A stretch of DNA of 64,000 nt from Candidatus Fimenecus sp. (GTDB lineage: Bacteria; Bacillota; Clostridia; Oscillospirales; Acutalibacteraceae): contig JAZQYK010000061.1 in the NCBI GenBank assembly GCA_045633505.1, positions 1,213 through 65,212 of the forward strand. Direction: 5' to 3'. The translations under genes were made by a program, and so were the position numbers. Under the pieces are notes generated by a model. The model was not told where the DNA came from and did no database searches. It saw only the letters and a program-made list of their open reading frames with translations. How positions within the stretch are numbered: position 1 is the stretch's first letter; each line of letters begins with the position of its first letter. Positions 8,877 through 17,963 of this stretch are shown piece after piece.

Positions 8877-11045
8877 ATGAAGGTTAGATTATTGGCATTG
8901 AACGTTGACAAAAATATGCCATTTGCAAGATTTCAGGCGAGAGTTGTCAGCAGTATCAGTATGTATTCTGACAGCAACGTTGCGTTTGAACGTTTTGAGA
9001 ATATGCGAGATTTGTTTGAAGCCTTGCAGGATGCGTTGGAAAACGACGAGTTGATTGTTACTGCGGTTGATATCAAGCATTATTCAAGGCTTAAAACCGC
9101 ATTGACTCAGGCACTTGAAACGGATGTACAATATAATGCAACTATTCTCAATATGCTTGAAAGCAATGAAGAAATGGATGATGCGGCAAGAAAAGAATTT
9201 TCAACCTTCCCTGAACCTGCAACAGTCTTTCTTTCAAAGGACGGACTTTATTCAGGCTTTGGTATTGAAAACGGTACGCAATTTTTAATGCTTGTTCCGA
9301 TTGATAACGAACGAATCAATCTTATTCTCAGAAACGGTGTCGTGCCATTCCTTGCAAAGAATATTGAAACGACAAACGGCGATGAGTTTTTAAGTGAAAA
9401 TAAATTCTTTGAAAATGAAAAGGTTGCAATTGCAGTTAAAAGATTGGTTGATGCTGAATCAATAGTTGCCGTTAACGGTACTCAGAATGCAGAAGTTTTG
9501 AAAAGCTGCGGTGATTCCGTGCCTGATTTTGACAGCGTATTCGTGTTCACACCTCACGTTGAAGATAAGGGTGACGTCAATGCAACTGAATATGCGGCGC
9601 AATTAGCAAAGGTAAGTCTTGATTTGTCTGCGGCAAATATAGGCGCGTCAATCAGCGATATCTATAACGCAGGGGATACAAAGTTTATCTGTATCGCAGT
9701 TGCTAACGACGAGTCAGCAGTTGTAAGAAAACTTTATCAGGCTGAGGACGAAACCGAAGATGCTTTCATCGAAAGTGCGGCAGTTGAGCTTATTGAACTT
9801 ATTGGCGAAAAAGCAACGGGAATAAGAAGCGTTGGTATTGAAATTACTGACGGACCCGAGCTTATTCCTGATGAAGACAAAAAACCTGTGAATAAAAAAT
9901 CAATGATGATTTTCGCAATTGTTATCGGCGCAATCATTTTGATTTGCGGAATTTTCGGTATAGTTTACAAGGTGCAGGGTGAAAACGGTTCATTTGCTAA
10001 AATGCTTAATAAAATGTTCGGTAATGAAGTTACTACAACAGAAACCACAACCGAAGCGCCTACAACAGAAACTACGACTGAAGAAGAAAAAGTTCAGGCT
10101 GAAACAATGAAACTTTCAGACTTTATGATGTCCGATATTATCGCTCTTGAAAAAGCAAAAGCTGAAGCTGAAACCTCTACTACAGAAACAACAACTCTTG
10201 CTGAAGGTGAGTCAACAACTGCACCGGTTACCGTTGAGGATGCAGGTGCACCGACGGTTATGAAAATCAACGGTGTTGAGATTGAGGCTAAAGAAGCACT
10301 CTGTCGTCTTGTTATGACAGAAATGGGTGAGGGCTATAACGTTGAAGCAGTTAAAGCTCAGGCTGTTGTAATTTATACATACCTTAAATATCGCGATACC
10401 AATTTTGAAATTGATGGCATTACAATCAGCGAGACGTTTAACGATGAAATCAAAGGGGCAGTTGACGAGGTGTTCGGTCAATATCTTACCTTTGACGGCG
10501 AAGTTGCATTAACACCTTATTTTGCAGTTGCCGCAAGAAAGACAGGTAATGCCGCTGACGTGTTTACAAGTGAATATTCTTATCTTAAAGCAGTTGAGGT
10601 CAGCGGAAATCCTGATACGAAGATTGATACTTATAAGATTGAAAGAAAGTATTCTCTCGGCGAAATGAAGGGCTTACTTCTTGAATATAATGCTCAGTTC
10701 AAACTTGGCGAGGACCCTAAAACTTGGTTCAGCATTGTTTCTCACGATGCCGCTGTATCATCAAGCATCGGCTACGTAACAAAAGTGAAAATCGGCGAAA
10801 CAGAAATGACGGGTCTTGATATGAGAACAAAAGTGTTTGGCTCATCAGTTCTCGCTTCACATTGCTTTACGGTTACTTATGATGAAACTGCATCAACGTT
10901 TACAATTACAACTTACGGTAACGGTTTGGGCATTGGTATGAGTCAGGCAGGCGCTGACTTTATGGCTGGTAACGGAACGAAATATGATAAAATTCTTTCT
11001 ACATATTTTAAAGGCACAAAGATTGAAAAGGAGAAAAATATATGA
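8877..11045 (+). CDS. SpoIID/LytB domain-containing membrane protein with a large N-terminal cytoplasmic domain and a T/E-rich linker
   Basis: The C-terminal ~260 aa carry SpoIID-type motifs ([42 protein letters not shown]). There is one TM segment ([21 protein letters not shown]). I could not assign the N-terminal ~340 aa. Confidence 0.65.
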   Translation: MKVRLLALNVDKNMPFARFQARVVSSISMYSDSNVAFERFENMRDLFEALQDALENDELIVTAVDIKHYSRLKTALTQALETDVQYNATILNMLESNEEMDDAARKEFSTFPEPATVFLSKDGLYSGFGIENGTQFLMLVPIDNERINLILRNGVVPFLAKNIETTNGDEFLSENKFFENEKVAIAVKRLVDAESIVAVNGTQNAEVLKSCGDSVPDFDSVFVFTPHVEDKGDVNATEYAAQLAKVSLDLSAANIGASISDIYNAGDTKFICIAVANDESAVVRKLYQAEDETEDAFIESAAVELIELIGEKATGIRSVGIEITDGPELIPDEDKKPVNKKSMMIFAIVIGAIILICGIFGIVYKVQGENGSFAKMLNKMFGNEVTTTETTTEAPTTETTTEEEKVQAETMKLSDFMMSDIIALEKAKAEAETSTTETTTLAEGESTTAPVTVEDAGAPTVMKINGVEIEAKEALCRLVMTEMGEGYNVEAVKAQAVVIYTYLKYRDTNFEIDGITISETFNDEIKGAVDEVFGQYLTFDGEVALTPYFAVAARKTGNAADVFTSEYSYLKAVEVSGNPDTKIDTYKIERKYSLGEMKGLLLEYNAQFKLGEDPKTWFSIVSHDAAVSSSIGYVTKVKIGETEMTGLDMRTKVFGSSVLASHCFTVTYDETASTFTITTYGNGLGIGMSQAGADFMAGNGTKYDKILSTYFKGTKIEKEKNI

Positions 11046-12064
11046 GTAAGATTTTAGTAACAGGTGGCGCAGGTTTTATCGGCTCACACACTTGCGTGGA
11101 GCTTCTTAATGCAGGCTATGAGATTGTAATCGTTGACAATCTCTACAATTCAAGTGAAAAATCACTTGACAGAGTAAAGGAATTAACGGGCAAGGATTTT
11201 GCTTTTTATCCTTACGATATTCGCGATAAAGAGAATATGAGTAAGATTTTTGAAGAACATAAAATTGATGCTTGTATTCATTTTGCAGGTCTCAAAGCAG
11301 TTGGTGAGAGCTGTCGTGAGCCTTTAATGTACTACGACAACAATATCGGCGGTACGTTGGCTCTTTGCGAAGTAATGGCTAAATATAACTGCAAAAAAAT
11401 CGTGTTCAGTTCATCGGCAACTGTTTACGGAAGCGCAAACGTTTCTCCGCTTAAAGAGGATATGAAAACGGGTGGCACGACAAATCCTTACGGCACGACT
11501 AAATATATGATTGAGATTATCCTTGATGATTTCAACAAAGCAGATAAAGATTGGGGCGTGACACTTCTCCGCTACTTCAATCCAATTGGTGCACATAAGA
11601 GTGGTAGAATTGGTGAGAATCCAAATGGTATTCCAAACAACCTTATGCCATATATCACTCAGGTTGCTATTGGAAAATTACCATATCTCAATGTGTTCGG
11701 TGATGACTACAATACTCCTGACGGTACAGGTGTTCGTGACTATATTCACGTTGTTGACTTGGCTATCGGCCACGTTAAAGCAGTTGAAAAAATTCTCAAA
11801 GACGAGCCAAAGGTTAACGTTTATAACCTTGGTACAGGTAACGGTTACAGTGTTCTTGATATTGTCAAGGCATTTGAACAGGCTTCAGGACAGAAGATTG
11901 AATATAAAATTGTAGAACGCCGTCCCGGTGACCTTGACGTTTGTTATTCAGACGCATCAAAAGCATTTAATGAACTGGGTTGGAAAGCTGAAAGAGACCT
12001 TCTTGAAATGTGTGAGGACTCTTGGCGTTGGCAAAGCGGAAATCCAAACGGCTTTGATGACTGA
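11042..12064 (+). CDS. galE: UDP-glucose 4-epimerase
   Basis: [11 protein letters not shown] Rossmann motif, YGTTK (YxxxK), and full-length GalE-like sequence. The start overlaps the preceding stop. Confidence 0.92.
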   Translation: MSKILVTGGAGFIGSHTCVELLNAGYEIVIVDNLYNSSEKSLDRVKELTGKDFAFYPYDIRDKENMSKIFEEHKIDACIHFAGLKAVGESCREPLMYYDNNIGGTLALCEVMAKYNCKKIVFSSSATVYGSANVSPLKEDMKTGGTTNPYGTTKYMIEIILDDFNKADKDWGVTLLRYFNPIGAHKSGRIGENPNGIPNNLMPYITQVAIGKLPYLNVFGDDYNTPDGTGVRDYIHVVDLAIGHVKAVEKILKDEPKVNVYNLGTGNGYSVLDIVKAFEQASGQKIEYKIVERRPGDLDVCYSDASKAFNELGWKAERDLLEMCEDSWRWQSGNPNGFDD

Positions 12065-12090
12065 TTTTTAATTAAAATAAAAAGTAAAGG

Positions 12091-12672
12091 GTGATTAAAG
12101 TGAAGAAAAAAGGTTTATTTATTACGTTAGGTGTAATCGCGGTTGTTGTCGTAATACTTATCGGTAGTGTTATTTCAACATATAACGGTCTCATTGATAA
12201 AGAGGCTGAGGTTACTAATGCTGATGCGCAAATTCAGGTTCAATTACAACGTCGAGCAGATTTAATTCCTAATCTTGTTAGCACGGTTAAAGGCTATGCA
12301 GCTCACGAAACTGAAGTTTATACAGCTCTTGCAGATGCCCGAGCAAAGCTTAATTCTGCTTCAAATACCGATGAATATACCGATGCTATCGAAAGCTATG
12401 ATTCTGCACTTTCAAGACTTTTGGTTGTGGTCGAGAATTATCCTGAGCTTAAAGCAAATGAAAACTTTGTTTATCTTATGGATGAACTTTCAGGTACGGA
12501 AAACAGAATTGGTACTGCACGTAAAGATTATAACGATGCTGCCACTGAATATAATAAAGCAATCAAAAAATTCCCTACGGTAATTTTTGCGGGAATGTTG
12601 GGCTTTGACGAGGCAGAATTGTTTGAGGCAAGTGCTGACGCGCAGGATGCTCCTACGGTCAGCTTTGAATAA
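12091..12672 (+). CDS. LemA family protein
   Basis: N-terminal TM segment followed by YNGLI..E.V....A.I.VQLQRRADLIPNLV..VKGYA.HE, which is characteristic of LemA. Confidence 0.85.
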   Translation: MIKVKKKGLFITLGVIAVVVVILIGSVISTYNGLIDKEAEVTNADAQIQVQLQRRADLIPNLVSTVKGYAAHETEVYTALADARAKLNSASNTDEYTDAIESYDSALSRLLVVVENYPELKANENFVYLMDELSGTENRIGTARKDYNDAATEYNKAIKKFPTVIFAGMLGFDEAELFEASADAQDAPTVSFE

Positions 12673-12680
12673 AAGAAGCA

Positions 12681-13514
12681 ATGAAAATAAACAGAGTTTT
12701 AATTATAACTTTAATTTTATCGATTCTTTTATCCGTATCGTCAATGGCTATTGATTTACCCGAGCCTACTGATGAGTTTTTTGTAAATGACTTTGCAGAT
12801 GTTATTGATGACAACGTTGAAACAGAACTTCAGTCAATTGGTGCAAGTCTTTATAATCAGACAACGGCGCAAGTCGTTGTTGTAACGGTAGATTCTCTTG
12901 ACGGCTATGACGTCAGCGAATACGCACTCGAATTAGGTCGTGAGTGGGGAGTGGGTAGCGAGGATTCTGATAATGGTGTAGTGCTCTTGATGTCTGTATC
13001 TGACCGTCAAGTTACAATTCAGGTGGGTTATGGTCTTGAAGGATGTCTGCCTGATGGCAAAACAGGCAGAATACTTGATACTTATGCCATTCCGTATTTG
13101 AGAAATAATGATTTTTCAACAGGATTGGAAGACGCATATAAAGCAATAGTCAATGTTGTCTGTGTTGAATATGGTGTTGAATTGGATAACTTGAATATTG
13201 ATAATTACAATGATGAGTATTACACCTTTGAAATGTCCGGTGATGAAGTTATTGGAATGGCGATTTTAATTTTTATCGTAGTTTCAATATTTGTTTTAAT
13301 TGTTTTTAAATTTAATGGTGGAGGCTCAAGCCACGGTGGTGGCACATATTATGGTGGTCACACATATCGTGGAGGTTTTGGTTCTGTAGGTAGCTTTCGT
13401 GGCGGCGGCTTCAGTTCAGGCGGTTTCCGCAGTGGCGGAGGAGGATTCTCCGGCGGCGGTTTCCGTGGTGGCGGCGGCTCATTCGGCGGTGGCGGCTCGT
13501 CACGTGGATTTTAA
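12681..13514 (+). CDS. TPM domain-containing protein (YgcG-like) with TM segment and Gly/Arg/Phe/Ser-rich C-terminal tail
   Basis: Signal peptide, a TPM-like core (V.DFA.V......E...........T.AQVVVVTV.SL), a TM segment and a GGGF/RGG tail. This is the usual partner of LemA. Confidence 0.78.
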   Translation: MKINRVLIITLILSILLSVSSMAIDLPEPTDEFFVNDFADVIDDNVETELQSIGASLYNQTTAQVVVVTVDSLDGYDVSEYALELGREWGVGSEDSDNGVVLLMSVSDRQVTIQVGYGLEGCLPDGKTGRILDTYAIPYLRNNDFSTGLEDAYKAIVNVVCVEYGVELDNLNIDNYNDEYYTFEMSGDEVIGMAILIFIVVSIFVLIVFKFNGGGSSHGGGTYYGGHTYRGGFGSVGSFRGGGFSSGGFRSGGGGFSGGGFRGGGGSFGGGGSSRGF

Positions 13515-13523
13515 GGGGATTTT

Positions 13524-14126
13524 ATGAGAGTATTTGATTTTGACAATACCATTTATGACGGTGAAAGCGGCTTTGATATCTTTCTTTATTATTTAAAGAA
13601 GGACCCAAAGGGCGTTGCAAAATTCGTTCCAAAGTTTATGGAAGGTTTTTTGAAATATAAGCGCCATAAAATAACTATTGATGAGGTTAAGACTGAATAT
13701 TCGTCTTATATTAAAGAATATTTTGCACGAATAGAAAATATCGAACAAGATTTTGAAAATTTTTGGGATATAAATGAAAAAAACATCAAAAATTTTTATC
13801 GAAAAATTCAAAAAGAAGATGATATAATTGTTTCTGCGTGCCCTTATTGTCTTTTGAGTGTGATGACAAATCGACTTGGAGTTAAAAACGTTATTTCAAG
13901 TGAGCTTGATGCTAAAACAGGCGAAATCGGTGAAATTTGTTATCACGAAAACAAGGTGAAAATGTTCAAAAAAGTTTATGGTGATGCAGAAATTGATGAG
14001 TTTTATACTGACTCAGTGAGTGATAAGCCTTTAATGGATATGGCAAAAACCGTTTTTCTTGTTGATGGGGATAAGTTAATCAAAATTAAAAAAGACGGAG
14101 TTTACCTCGACGAAAAATTTATTTAA
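13524..14126 (+). CDS. HAD-superfamily hydrolase (subfamily IB-like)
   Basis: N-terminal DxDxT motif (VFDFDNTIY) and a C-terminal acidic motif region (YTDSVSDKPL). Confidence 0.6.
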   Translation: MRVFDFDNTIYDGESGFDIFLYYLKKDPKGVAKFVPKFMEGFLKYKRHKITIDEVKTEYSSYIKEYFARIENIEQDFENFWDINEKNIKNFYRKIQKEDDIIVSACPYCLLSVMTNRLGVKNVISSELDAKTGEIGEICYHENKVKMFKKVYGDAEIDEFYTDSVSDKPLMDMAKTVFLVDGDKLIKIKKDGVYLDEKFI

Positions 14127-14135
14127 CAATTAAAT

Positions 14136-14464
14136 ATGAGTAGGTTGGGCAGTTGCGCAGATTTTATCTGTGAGGAAAGTCCGAGCATCACACAGCAGGG
14201 TAACGGCTAACGGCCGCCGAGGGTGACCTTAGGGAAAGTGCATAGAAAATTACCGCCGTTTTTAACGGTAAGGGTGGAAAGGCGAGGTAAGAGCTCACCA
14301 GCGTTGCAGAGATGTAACGGCTGAGCAAACCCTACCCGATGCAACATCGACTGAAGTTGTCAGCTGGGCAGATACTTCGAAGGATGGCTTGAGGCATATA
14401 GCAATATGTGTCCCAGATAGATAATTGCCTTAAACGACAGAACTCGGCTTACAGACCTACTCAT
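14136..14464 (+). ncRNA. rnpB: RNase P RNA, bacterial type A
   Basis: Contains GAGGAAAGTCCGAGC, GGTAAGGGTGGAAAGGCGAGGTAAGAGCTCACCAG and ACAGAACTCGGCTTACAG conserved blocks. The P1 stem pairs atgagtaggt (14136-14145) with acctactcat (14455-14464). Confidence 0.92.
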
Positions 14465-14477
14465 TTTTAATAAATTA

Positions 14478-14498
14478 AAGCCCGAAAGGGCTTTTTTT
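14478..14498 (+). terminator. Rho-independent terminator after rnpB
   Basis: aaagccc-gaaa-gggcttt followed by a T-run. Confidence 0.75.
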
Positions 14499-14542
14499 AA
14501 CAAAATAAAGTTGACGGAATATAATGCATTGAGGTGTTTTTT

Positions 14543-14887
14543 ATGTTTGATGCATTTATTGGGACCGTTTTTATGTTCTTAACGCTTTTGGGAACAGTTG
14601 CAATCTGTTATCTTATTATGTTAAAATTGTTGATACCCGAAATAAAGGGCGAATACTACATAATTTTGCCTTGCAATCAATATACAGAAAACGTCAGGAA
14701 AAAGGCTTATGGAACAAGGCTCAGGCTTAATTTGTTGGGAGAGGATTGCTGTGCGAAGGTAGTAGTGCTTGATTCAGGTATAAACGAAAACGAAAAGTCA
14801 GATTTGTTAGAAATCTGTAAAGAATGTAATGGGATTTATCTCGTAGAAAAAGATTATTTAAAGGATTATTTTGATGGAAGAATTTGA
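14543..14887 (+). CDS. Hypothetical small membrane protein (one N-terminal TM segment, Cys-containing C-terminal part)
   Basis: GAGGTG RBS 6 nt before the ATG at 14543. The 3' end overlaps the recD2 start by 14 nt. No family recognised. Confidence 0.45.
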   Translation: MFDAFIGTVFMFLTLLGTVAICYLIMLKLLIPEIKGEYYIILPCNQYTENVRKKAYGTRLRLNLLGEDCCAKVVVLDSGINENEKSDLLEICKECNGIYLVEKDYLKDYFDGRI

Positions 14888-17075
14888 AACAAAAATCAAA
14901 TTATCAGGAACAGTTACAGACGTTACGTATTATAACGACGTTAATGGCTATACTGTTTTTTCTGTTGATATCGGTGAAGAGGAACTGACTGTGGTTGGAA
15001 ATACCGCTGATGTGAAGCTGGGTGACCGTGTTGAAATCATCGGTGACTATACTTATCACTCAATTTACGGCAGACAGTTCAAAGCTGATGTCTGTAATGC
15101 CACTTTGCCTGAAACTGTTGACGATTTATATCATTATCTTGCAAGCGGTGTGATTAAAGGTATCCGAGAGTCAACTGCTCTTAAGATAATTGAAAGATTT
15201 AAGGAAAAAACCTTTGACATTCTTGAAAAAGAGCCCGAACGCCTTGCCGAAATCAAGGGTATATCCCTTGAAAAAGCAAAGAAAATCGGTAAAGAATATA
15301 ACCGCCAATGCTCAACCCGTGCTTTGATAATCAAATTATCAAAATATGGCTTAAAAACAAGTGAATGTTTGACAGCCTATGATAAATTAGGCAATAATGC
15401 GGTACAACTTATTGAAGAAAATCCCTATTGCCTTTGTGAAGGTGAAAACAGAATATCTTTTGAACGCGCTGAACAAATTGCTCAGATGCTGCCTGAAAAG
15501 CCTAAAAGTCAATACAGAATTGAAGCAGGTGTGCTTTATGTGATTACCCATAATTTTTATAACGGTCACACTTGCTTACCCCTTGAAAAGCTGTTTATGC
15601 CGTCAGGGGATTTACTTGACGAAAGCCGAGACAGCATTGAAATAGCAATTGATAATCTGGTTGCAACAAAAAGAATTATAATTGAAAATATGAGGGGTAA
15701 GGACTTCGTTTTTCTCCCTGAGGCATATAATGCCGAAAAATCTATTTCAAACAGAATGAAGGTTTTGTTAAGATTTCCACCTGAAAATCCTATTGACGTG
15801 AACAAATATATTGACAAAATCGAGAAAAAACTCAAGATTGAATACGCCGAAAAACAGAAAGAATCAATCAAAACCGCTGTTAATAAGGGTATTCTTATTC
15901 TTACGGGCGGTCCGGGTACGGGTAAAACCACCACTTTGAACGGCATAATCAATATGTTTGAAAAAGACCAATTGGATATTGCGCTTTGCGCACCAACAGG
16001 TAGAGCCGCTCAAAGAATGACTGAGGCAACAGGCAGGGTGGCAACGACAATTCATAGACTTTTAGAGGTGGAATGGGGCGAAAATGACAGACCGATTTTC
16101 AAACGTAATCTGCGCAACCCTCTCGATTGTCAGGCTGTAATTGTGGATGAAATGTCAATGGTTGATATTTTCTTGTTTTCCCATCTGCTTGATGCGTTGC
16201 CCTTTGGGTGCCGTCTTATAATGGTGGGTGACAGTGACCAGCTTCCGTCAGTCAGCGCAGGTAATGTTTTAAAGGACTTGATTGATTGCCGACTTATGCC
16301 CGTTGTGGAACTTAAAGAGATTTTCCGTCAGGCAATGGACAGTAATATCGTCCGTAATGCTCATGCCATTGTGAATGGAAATAAAATTGAAACCGATTAT
16401 AAAGACGGTGACTTTTTCTTTATGCATCGTCACTATCCGTTTGACGCAGTCCGTACCGTGAAAGAACTTTGCACAAAACGACTCCCAAGCGCTTACGGTT
16501 ATGACCCCGTAACACAAATTCAGGTGCTTTGCCCGTCAAAAAAAGGTGACACGGGTACGGTTAATTTAAATAAAGAGCTGCAGGAAGCATTAAACCCTTC
16601 ACAGAAAGGCAAGGCAGAATATAATACTGAATACCGTGTTTTCCGCGAAGGTGACAAGGTAATGCAGACTAAGAATAATTACAATATTCATTGGGAATCA
16701 CAAGATGACGAGGGTGATGGCATATTCAACGGTGATATTGGCTTTATTGAAAAGATTGATATTGCCCACGATGCGATAATTATTGACTTTGCTGGTAAAA
16801 GAGCAACCTATTCAAAGGAACAGCTTACTGAAATTGAATTAGCTTATGCGGTCACGATACATAAAAGTCAAGGCAGTGAGTTCGACGTTGTCGTAATGCC
16901 TGTAATTTCAATAAACAGCAGACTTTGTTATCGAAATCTTCTTTATACTGCCGTGACCCGAGCAAAAAAACTTATGATTTTGGTTGGTACGACGGGTTGC
17001 CTTGACAGTATGATTGAAAACAATAAAACACAGCTTCGATATTCAGCACTCAGACATTTTTTGCTTGACAATTGA
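14874..17075 (+). CDS. recD2: ATP-dependent RecD-like DNA helicase (RecD2 / YrrC, SF1B)
   Basis: Walker A LTGGPGTGKTT, the DEMSMV box, and YAVTIHKSQGSEF..LLYTAVTRAK at the C-terminus. About 730 aa. Confidence 0.9.
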   Translation: MEEFETKIKLSGTVTDVTYYNDVNGYTVFSVDIGEEELTVVGNTADVKLGDRVEIIGDYTYHSIYGRQFKADVCNATLPETVDDLYHYLASGVIKGIRESTALKIIERFKEKTFDILEKEPERLAEIKGISLEKAKKIGKEYNRQCSTRALIIKLSKYGLKTSECLTAYDKLGNNAVQLIEENPYCLCEGENRISFERAEQIAQMLPEKPKSQYRIEAGVLYVITHNFYNGHTCLPLEKLFMPSGDLLDESRDSIEIAIDNLVATKRIIIENMRGKDFVFLPEAYNAEKSISNRMKVLLRFPPENPIDVNKYIDKIEKKLKIEYAEKQKESIKTAVNKGILILTGGPGTGKTTTLNGIINMFEKDQLDIALCAPTGRAAQRMTEATGRVATTIHRLLEVEWGENDRPIFKRNLRNPLDCQAVIVDEMSMVDIFLFSHLLDALPFGCRLIMVGDSDQLPSVSAGNVLKDLIDCRLMPVVELKEIFRQAMDSNIVRNAHAIVNGNKIETDYKDGDFFFMHRHYPFDAVRTVKELCTKRLPSAYGYDPVTQIQVLCPSKKGDTGTVNLNKELQEALNPSQKGKAEYNTEYRVFREGDKVMQTKNNYNIHWESQDDEGDGIFNGDIGFIEKIDIAHDAIIIDFAGKRATYSKEQLTEIELAYAVTIHKSQGSEFDVVVMPVISINSRLCYRNLLYTAVTRAKKLMILVGTTGCLDSMIENNKTQLRYSALRHFLLDN

Positions 17076-17111
17076 TTAAATGGGTGTATAATGTAAATAA
17101 GCCAAGTAAAT

Positions 17112-17208
17112 AGTGCATGGGTGCTGACGGTAAGTCGGCTGAGATTAGAGTTAAACCACTCTTGACCATTGAACCTGATACGGATAATGCCGTCGTAGGA
17201 AAGCTTTT
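17112..17208 (+). promoter_or_regulatory. TPP (THI-box) riboswitch aptamer
   Basis: Contains GGGTGC..GCTGAGA..ACC..GAACCTGATACGGATAATGCCGTCGTAGGAA, a close match to the THI element consensus. It lies directly upstream of thiT. Confidence 0.9.
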
Positions 17209-17211
17209 CAG

Positions 17212-17247
17212 TTCAGCCTTGCGGTATATGCTATGGCTGAATTTTTT
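17212..17247 (+). terminator. Riboswitch expression platform terminator
   Basis: ttcagcc / ggctgaa stem followed by TTTTTT. GGAGG and the thiT ATG follow. Confidence 0.7.
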
Positions 17248-17264
17248 ATTTGGAGGAACAAAAA

Positions 17265-17924
17265 ATGAAAAACAAGAAAAATTTGTATTGGTTGGTTGAA
17301 AGTGCAATTATGATTGCTCTTTCCGCGGTGTTGGAACTCGTTTCAAAGTCAATAATCCCTGAAATGACTTTTGGCGGTCAAATCACGATTGTAAGTATGC
17401 TTCCCATAGTTTTAGTGGCGTGGAAGTACGGCGTGGGTAAAGGACTTGTAACGGGCTTTGTCTATTCTTTGGTGCAGATGGTAATGGGAGTCAGTACAAT
17501 CAGTAAAATGATTTTACCAACATCTGACGAATATCTCGGCAGTTTGCTGAATATCGTGCTGATGTTTGCTTTTGATTACATACTTGCTTATACAGCACTT
17601 GGATTTTCATCAATCTATAAAAAAACTGTCAAGAATAACTCTGTGTCACTTGCACTCGGTGCGTTTACGGTTTTGTTGTTCCGTTATATCTGTCACATTG
17701 TTTCAGGGTATATCCTTTTTGGTGCGTGGGCAGAATGGTTCTTTACTCAGGAGGGCTTCTATTCTTGGGGACAGACAATAATGAATACGTTCAGCGGTGA
17801 CGCTTTGTCACTTGTGTATTCAATTATATACAACGGATTTTATATGATTCCCGAAATCATAATTACAACAATTGTGGCTATCGTAATCGGCAAAATTCCA
17901 CAAATCACAAAAGTAAAAGCATAA
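17265..17924 (+). CDS. thiT: Thiamine ECF-transporter S component ThiT
   Basis: About 220-aa six-helix membrane protein directly behind the TPP riboswitch, with ThiT-like sequence (..IALSAVL..GG.I.....P....A...G...G). The start is moved to the ATG at 17265 after GGAGG. Confidence 0.8.
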   Translation: MKNKKNLYWLVESAIMIALSAVLELVSKSIIPEMTFGGQITIVSMLPIVLVAWKYGVGKGLVTGFVYSLVQMVMGVSTISKMILPTSDEYLGSLLNIVLMFAFDYILAYTALGFSSIYKKTVKNNSVSLALGAFTVLLFRYICHIVSGYILFGAWAEWFFTQEGFYSWGQTIMNTFSGDALSLVYSIIYNGFYMIPEIIITTIVAIVIGKIPQITKVKA

Positions 17925-17931
17925 AAGAAAA

Positions 17932-17963
17932 TCCCTTGACCGTATCAGTCAAGGGACTTTTTT
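17932..17963. terminator. Terminator hairpin between convergent thiT and comM-like genes
   Basis: tcccttgac / gtcaaggga stem with a T-run on the plus strand. Confidence 0.7.

Noticed and set aside
13300-13514. Gly-rich GGGF/RGG coding repeat as a possible independent repeat element or collagen-like protein
   Set aside because: It is the in-frame C-terminal tail of the TPM-domain protein, which is a common feature of that family.
17050-17307. ORFs 17050..17307 (-) and 17117..17299 (+)
   Set aside because: They lie across the TPP riboswitch and its terminator. The RNA element explains the region.
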